Shown here: in pieces, positions 59,832 to 64,000 of the stretch
Layout: the number at the start of each line of letters is the position of its first letter
Numbering within the stretch: position 1 is the stretch's first letter
The notes under the pieces: model-generated
What the model saw: only the letters and a program-made list of their open reading frames with translations
Told to the model about the DNA's origin: nothing
Databases searched by the model: none
Assembly: GCA_046483985.1 (NCBI GenBank)
Contig: JAWOCD010000021.1
Span: forward strand, 1 to 64,000
DNA from: Promethearchaeia archaeon
Lineage (GTDB): Archaea; Asgardarchaeota; Lokiarchaeia; Sigyniarchaeales; SOKP01
Length of the DNA stretch: 64,000 nt
Direction of reading: 5' to 3'
Made by a program: the position numbers and the translations under genes

Positions 59832-61370
59832 ATGACTGAAATTAAACAAGTATATAAGAAAATTGAAGAGGTTGTGGGAGAGAAATACATTAGCGATCAA
59901 GATTTTATGAAAGCAGCCTATTCAAGAAATGTTGATCCCGCCTTTCCAGATCGCTGGGCAGACCTCATTGTTCGACCGAAAAACACCGAGGAAGTTTCTG
60001 AAGTTGTGCAGATTGCTAATAAGTATAAAATTCCGATCGTTCCCCGAGGTGGAGGAGCAGATTTGGTTGGAGGGTCTGTGACGGATGAGGGCATCCTTAT
60101 GGATTTGACCCGCATGAATGAAATCATTGAAATACACGAAAAAGATTTCTATGTTGAGGTGGAATGCGGAGTAACATGGGGCAAACTTTTGTCCGAACTG
60201 TATCCGAGGGAACTAACCACCGGAATTGTGGGACCGGGAAGTGGATTTTCGGCAACCATCGGGGGAGGACTTTCCAATAGTACGGCGGGATTTGGATCAA
60301 CAAAATATGGATTAATCACCGATAATTGCTTAGGCGTTGAGGCAGTATTACCCAACCCAGAAGGAACCATCGTCCGTACGGGCGCGGCAGCGAATAAGTA
60401 TGCAGATCCTTTCTGTCGGTATGGAGTTTCTCCGGATTTTACGGGATTATTTATGGGCGACGTGGGAACAATGGGCATTAAAACAAAGGCATTTTTGCGG
60501 TTGTATCCCAATCCCCCTCATAAAATTCTGCGAAGCTTTATGCTGAAAAAAAATGATTATGAAAAAGTATCCGAATTAATGCATGAATTACAGCGTAAAG
60601 TACGGGACGGAATTCAAGACTTGTATGTAAACCCCTTAGTGGTAGTACGGCTCTTATCCACAATTGCCGAAGAACGTCCCAAAAAACGTGCACGATTGAA
60701 GGGTCCCGTGTTTTTATTTATCTTAGAAGCATTTGATGAGAGGATTTTGGATGTTTACGATGAAACCGTCCATGATATTATGACTAAAAATGACGTTGCT
60801 CGTCCTTTTGAATGGACAGAGATAGATAAAGCAGAACCGCATTCAGAGGATTGGGAATTCACATTAAAGTTCCCGTACACTTATTTTAATAAATTTGTGG
60901 CATTGGCGCCCCCAAAAATTTCATGTACGACTTGCCACAAGCTCCCGCTTTCCGTTATCGAAGATAGGCAAAAAAAAAGTTCCAAATTCGATGCTGCTCA
61001 CAAGGATGAGTTTCCAGAGCAAAGCTTTTCACTTTTCGCCAGAAGTATTCATTTACTCCCGAACGGTCACTGCGTATTTTCTGGAGGGTTTAACGCCGAT
61101 AATATGAAGGACCAAAGGGAAAAAGCAATGAAGATTTGGCATAAAAAAATTCGAACCCAAGTGCAATACGGAGGGGCTCATTATTGGCTTGGAGAAGCAA
61201 TCTCCCAATCGCTCGTGGAAGCGGGAGCATATACAAAAGATTATATAAAATTTTTCAAAGATATGAAAAAAACCGTGGATCCCAATTATATATTAAGTCC
61301 CAAAAAGTTCCATTTAAACAGCTACGATGACGATATTTCTCAATATGTTAAAGGAAAGGAGGTTTATTAA
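59832..61370 (+). CDS. FAD-binding oxidoreductase (GlcD/D-lactate dehydrogenase, VAO family)
   Basis: PRGGG, ATIGG, KYG, GTMGI.T and K..VDPN.ILSP motifs. Confidence 0.9.
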   Translation: MTEIKQVYKKIEEVVGEKYISDQDFMKAAYSRNVDPAFPDRWADLIVRPKNTEEVSEVVQIANKYKIPIVPRGGGADLVGGSVTDEGILMDLTRMNEIIEIHEKDFYVEVECGVTWGKLLSELYPRELTTGIVGPGSGFSATIGGGLSNSTAGFGSTKYGLITDNCLGVEAVLPNPEGTIVRTGAAANKYADPFCRYGVSPDFTGLFMGDVGTMGIKTKAFLRLYPNPPHKILRSFMLKKNDYEKVSELMHELQRKVRDGIQDLYVNPLVVVRLLSTIAEERPKKRARLKGPVFLFILEAFDERILDVYDETVHDIMTKNDVARPFEWTEIDKAEPHSEDWEFTLKFPYTYFNKFVALAPPKISCTTCHKLPLSVIEDRQKKSSKFDAAHKDEFPEQSFSLFARSIHLLPNGHCVFSGGFNADNMKDQREKAMKIWHKKIRTQVQYGGAHYWLGEAISQSLVEAGAYTKDYIKFFKDMKKTVDPNYILSPKKFHLNSYDDDISQYVKGKEVY

Positions 61371-61372
61371 CC

Positions 61373-62593
61373 ATGACCGAAACCGAATTTAATCCGAAAG
61401 AGAAACTTTTCCATTTGGGAAAATTAGAAGGTATGGTGCTTACCTGCATTGCGTGCGGGGATTGCCGAGAAGCATTTAATATAACTGAAAAACCTCCAAA
61501 ATTAGGAGTATGCGTGGCGCGAGAACATACACCGGGTTTTGAACCCTATTTTGGTCGGGGCAAAATGCAAATAATCCGCTCGCTCTGGCAAGGAAACCTC
61601 GACCTCAGTAAAGAAATGGCGGAGGTGGTGTATCAGTGCACAACTTGTAATGCGTGCACAGAAGCGTGTTCATACGACATGGACAATACAGCACTTTATG
61701 AAGCATTGAGAGCTGATATTGTAGATGCGGGATGTGGGTTAGAGACGCATAAGCCGATGAATGAGGCAATAGTAGAACTCCTCAATCCCTACCAGAGAGA
61801 TAATAAAGAAAAGGAGGAGTGGATGCAAGAACTTGAATTTAAGATCAAAGATGCTTCCGAGAAAACCGCTGATGTGTTCTATTTCGTGGGATGCACAGCA
61901 GCCTTAACACCGCAGATTCGCAGAGTGGCTATTAACACCGCAGAAATTTTACACAAACTAGATGTTGATTTTTCCGTTTTTGGGGAAAAGGAAGTCTGCT
62001 GCGGAAGCGTTGCGATGAGAACGGGAGATAGAAAGGCATTTAACTATGTGGCGGAGAAAAATGCGGATCTATTTAAAAAGAGCGGCGTAAAAACAATTAT
62101 TACCAGCTGCGCTGGATGTTACCGGACGCTAAAATTAGATTATAAGGATATTATGGAAAATTTAGACATTGAAGTATTGCATACCGTTGAGTTTCTCATT
62201 AAACTCATAGAGGAAAACAAAATCGAACTTAAAGATTTGGGATTCTCCGTGACGTATCACGATCCTTGCCATACTGGCAAGCATATGGGAGGTAATGCCT
62301 TGTATGAAGAGCCCAGAAATCTGTTGAACAAGATCAGCAATTTCACAGAAATGAAACGGATTAAACAAAACGCTTGGTGTTGCGGAGCGGGCGGTGGGGT
62401 AAAGAAAGGATTTCCAGACTTAGCGCTAGAAATATCCAAAACCCGGATAAAAGAAGCTGAAGAAACGAGCGCAGAATACTTGGTAAGCATTTGTCCGTTT
62501 TGTTACCGTAATCTGGATGATGCAATAAAGGAGTTAAAATCCGAGATTAAAATGATAGATTTAACTAATTTACTCAATCAAGCAATTGATTAA
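61373..62593 (+). CDS. Fe-S oxidoreductase (GlcF/HdrD-like, ferredoxin plus two CCG domains)
   Basis: CIACGDC, CTTCNAC...C, EVCCG, CAGC, YHDPC, CCGAGGG and CPFC motifs. Confidence 0.92.
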   Translation: MTETEFNPKEKLFHLGKLEGMVLTCIACGDCREAFNITEKPPKLGVCVAREHTPGFEPYFGRGKMQIIRSLWQGNLDLSKEMAEVVYQCTTCNACTEACSYDMDNTALYEALRADIVDAGCGLETHKPMNEAIVELLNPYQRDNKEKEEWMQELEFKIKDASEKTADVFYFVGCTAALTPQIRRVAINTAEILHKLDVDFSVFGEKEVCCGSVAMRTGDRKAFNYVAEKNADLFKKSGVKTIITSCAGCYRTLKLDYKDIMENLDIEVLHTVEFLIKLIEENKIELKDLGFSVTYHDPCHTGKHMGGNALYEEPRNLLNKISNFTEMKRIKQNAWCCGAGGGVKKGFPDLALEISKTRIKEAEETSAEYLVSICPFCYRNLDDAIKELKSEIKMIDLTNLLNQAID

Positions 62594-62630
62594 AAATTAA
62601 GTCAAAATAACTAAAAAAAATATTAGAAGT

Positions 62631-63440
62631 GTGAAAAAAATGAGTTTTAAACGATCATTGGATGAAATTAAGCAGAAACAAAAAAAGTTGGAGCGAACCG
62701 AATTTAAAGACGCGCGGATGATCACCGTACTATGGGAAACAAAGCCCGAAATTGTCGAACGGGTCTTGCCTCCCCCATTGGAGTCCGTCTCTTTACCGGT
62801 TGCATTGGCATTTATTGTGGATTATCCCAGTACCAATCAAGGCCTCCCCTATCATGAAGGAGCCTTAATGATTCGCTGCCAATATGACGGAGTGCCCGGA
62901 AATTATTATCTCGCTATGCCGGTAACTGACGATAGAGCCATGATAGGCGGACGGGAGATCTTCGGCTTTCCGAAAAAGATTGCAAACGTCCACTTGGAAA
63001 AGAATGAAAGGCAAGTCTATGCCTATTCCGAGCGACTTGGGACGAAAAACATTGAGATTAAAGCGGATTTATCGAAGAAGTTTAACGACCCAGAAACGCC
63101 ACAAATTATTAAAGAACTCGGCTTGCTCCCCGGTCGCGGGAAGAATACGATAAATTATAACTTCAAATATTTTCCAGCACCCAACAAGGATGGATTCGAT
63201 TACGACCCATGGTTAGTGAGGCAAGAAACGTCAGTCGGTCCAAAATCCATGGACATGGGGGAAGTAGAAATTACGCTTAATTCTACAAAGCACGATCCTT
63301 GGGGCGAAATTGAAGTGGTAAAACCGCTTGGGGCATTATATATGAATACCGATAACACAATGCTCCCCGGCCAAAAAGTGGCTGAAGTAGATTCCAAAGA
63401 ATTTTTACCCTATTCCTATATCGCATGGGATTGGTATTAA
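62631..63440 (+). CDS. Acetoacetate decarboxylase family protein
   Basis: PYHE and GGREIFGFPKK (Schiff-base Lys) motifs. Confidence 0.88.
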   Translation: MKKMSFKRSLDEIKQKQKKLERTEFKDARMITVLWETKPEIVERVLPPPLESVSLPVALAFIVDYPSTNQGLPYHEGALMIRCQYDGVPGNYYLAMPVTDDRAMIGGREIFGFPKKIANVHLEKNERQVYAYSERLGTKNIEIKADLSKKFNDPETPQIIKELGLLPGRGKNTINYNFKYFPAPNKDGFDYDPWLVRQETSVGPKSMDMGEVEITLNSTKHDPWGEIEVVKPLGALYMNTDNTMLPGQKVAEVDSKEFLPYSYIAWDWY

Positions 63441-63798
63441 CCTTCATAAGACTTTTTCTATTTATTTTTTTTCTTTTCCTAGTCTAATTCCCGCTCATTA
63501 ATTTGAAAGAGCGCGAAAAAGAGCTGATAGATTCCAGGAGATTCATAAAAAACTTCTGATTAAAGAATTTAATCATCTGGAGTTATTAGCGAAGAAAATT
63601 TAGAATGGTTCAAATAAAGGGATGATTTTAATAATTGATTGAGGAGGAATCCATCGGGAAAAAAATATCCAAATCCCTCCCCTCAGCGGAAAGCAGTTTT
63701 TTTTAACTTAAAAAATTTTTAAACCATCATTCTTCTTCAAACTTTAAATATTGATAGCACTCGAAAAAGATAAATAAAATCGAGTATTATTTTTTATT

Positions 63799-64000
63799 AT
63801 GGAAGATCAATATATTCTGAAAATCGGATCTAAGGGGGAAATCTTTCCGCCAAAAGAAGTTAGAGAATATCTGGGATTTACAAAAGATCAGAAGATCCTC
63901 ATGAAAGTATATCCCAACAGGATTATCATTCAAAAAGTTGAAACTCTTGAAGAAATATTAAACCAACCCGCCGATACCAAAATCTCATACCATGTACTTA
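63799..64000 (+). CDS. AbrB/MazE/SpoVT-family protein (truncated by window end)
   Basis: MEDQYILKIGSKGEIFPPKEVREYLG matches the AbrB swapped-hairpin pattern. The ORF is open to the window end. Confidence 0.75.
   Translation, partial: MEDQYILKIGSKGEIFPPKEVREYLGFTKDQKILMKVYPNRIIIQKVETLEEILNQPADTKISYHVL

Noticed and set aside
37472-62593. Selenocysteine or pyrrolysine read-through in the B12 and Fe-S genes
   Set aside because: The ORFs are complete without in-frame TGA or TAG, and I saw no convincing SECIS.
710-63397. Numerous 60-150 aa ORFs antisense to or nested in long genes (e.g. 710, 3054, 12455, 23222, 31613, 34039, 46207, 60149)
   Set aside because: They are shadow frames of well-supported genes and carry no motifs.
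1-64000. CRISPR array, tRNA or rRNA genes
   Set aside because: I saw no regularly spaced direct repeats, cloverleaf or rRNA-like sequence. The dispersed repeats are IS200/IS605-type ends.

Overview
AT-rich archaeal DNA, most likely an Asgard (Lokiarchaeia-like) genome. This is inferred from Alba, TrmB, MNT-HEPN pairs and many Rag/Arf-like small GTPases fused to longin/roadblock-like domains. The centrepiece is a ~24 kb signalling island (10.0-33.8 kb). It holds five soluble PAS/GAF histidine kinases and three stand-alone receivers with no output domains. These are interleaved with six intact small-GTPase genes and one pseudogene, and a further paralog lies at 47.5-49.1 kb. The GTPases carry winged-helix, longin/roadblock, uDENN-like, HhH and Pro-rich/WH2-like modules. 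One protein (12900-13538) appears to fuse a uDENN/longin-like domain to a His-less HisKA (DHp) mimic, making it a candidate physical link between two-component and small-GTPase signalling. Other content: a B12-mutase / opine dehydrogenase / Cys-less AsnB / methyltransferase / ABC-exporter cluster; a TrmB-associated glycyl radical enzyme operon; a Grs/Gms-like radical SAM enzyme; bacterial-type MetK; a degenerate JAB protein; a decaying TA / type IIG R-M defence patch; and a family of tiny IS200/IS605-derived non-autonomous elements, one of which demonstrably interrupts a GTPase gene. I saw no rRNA, tRNA or CRISPR array. All assignments are by motif recognition only; no searches were run.
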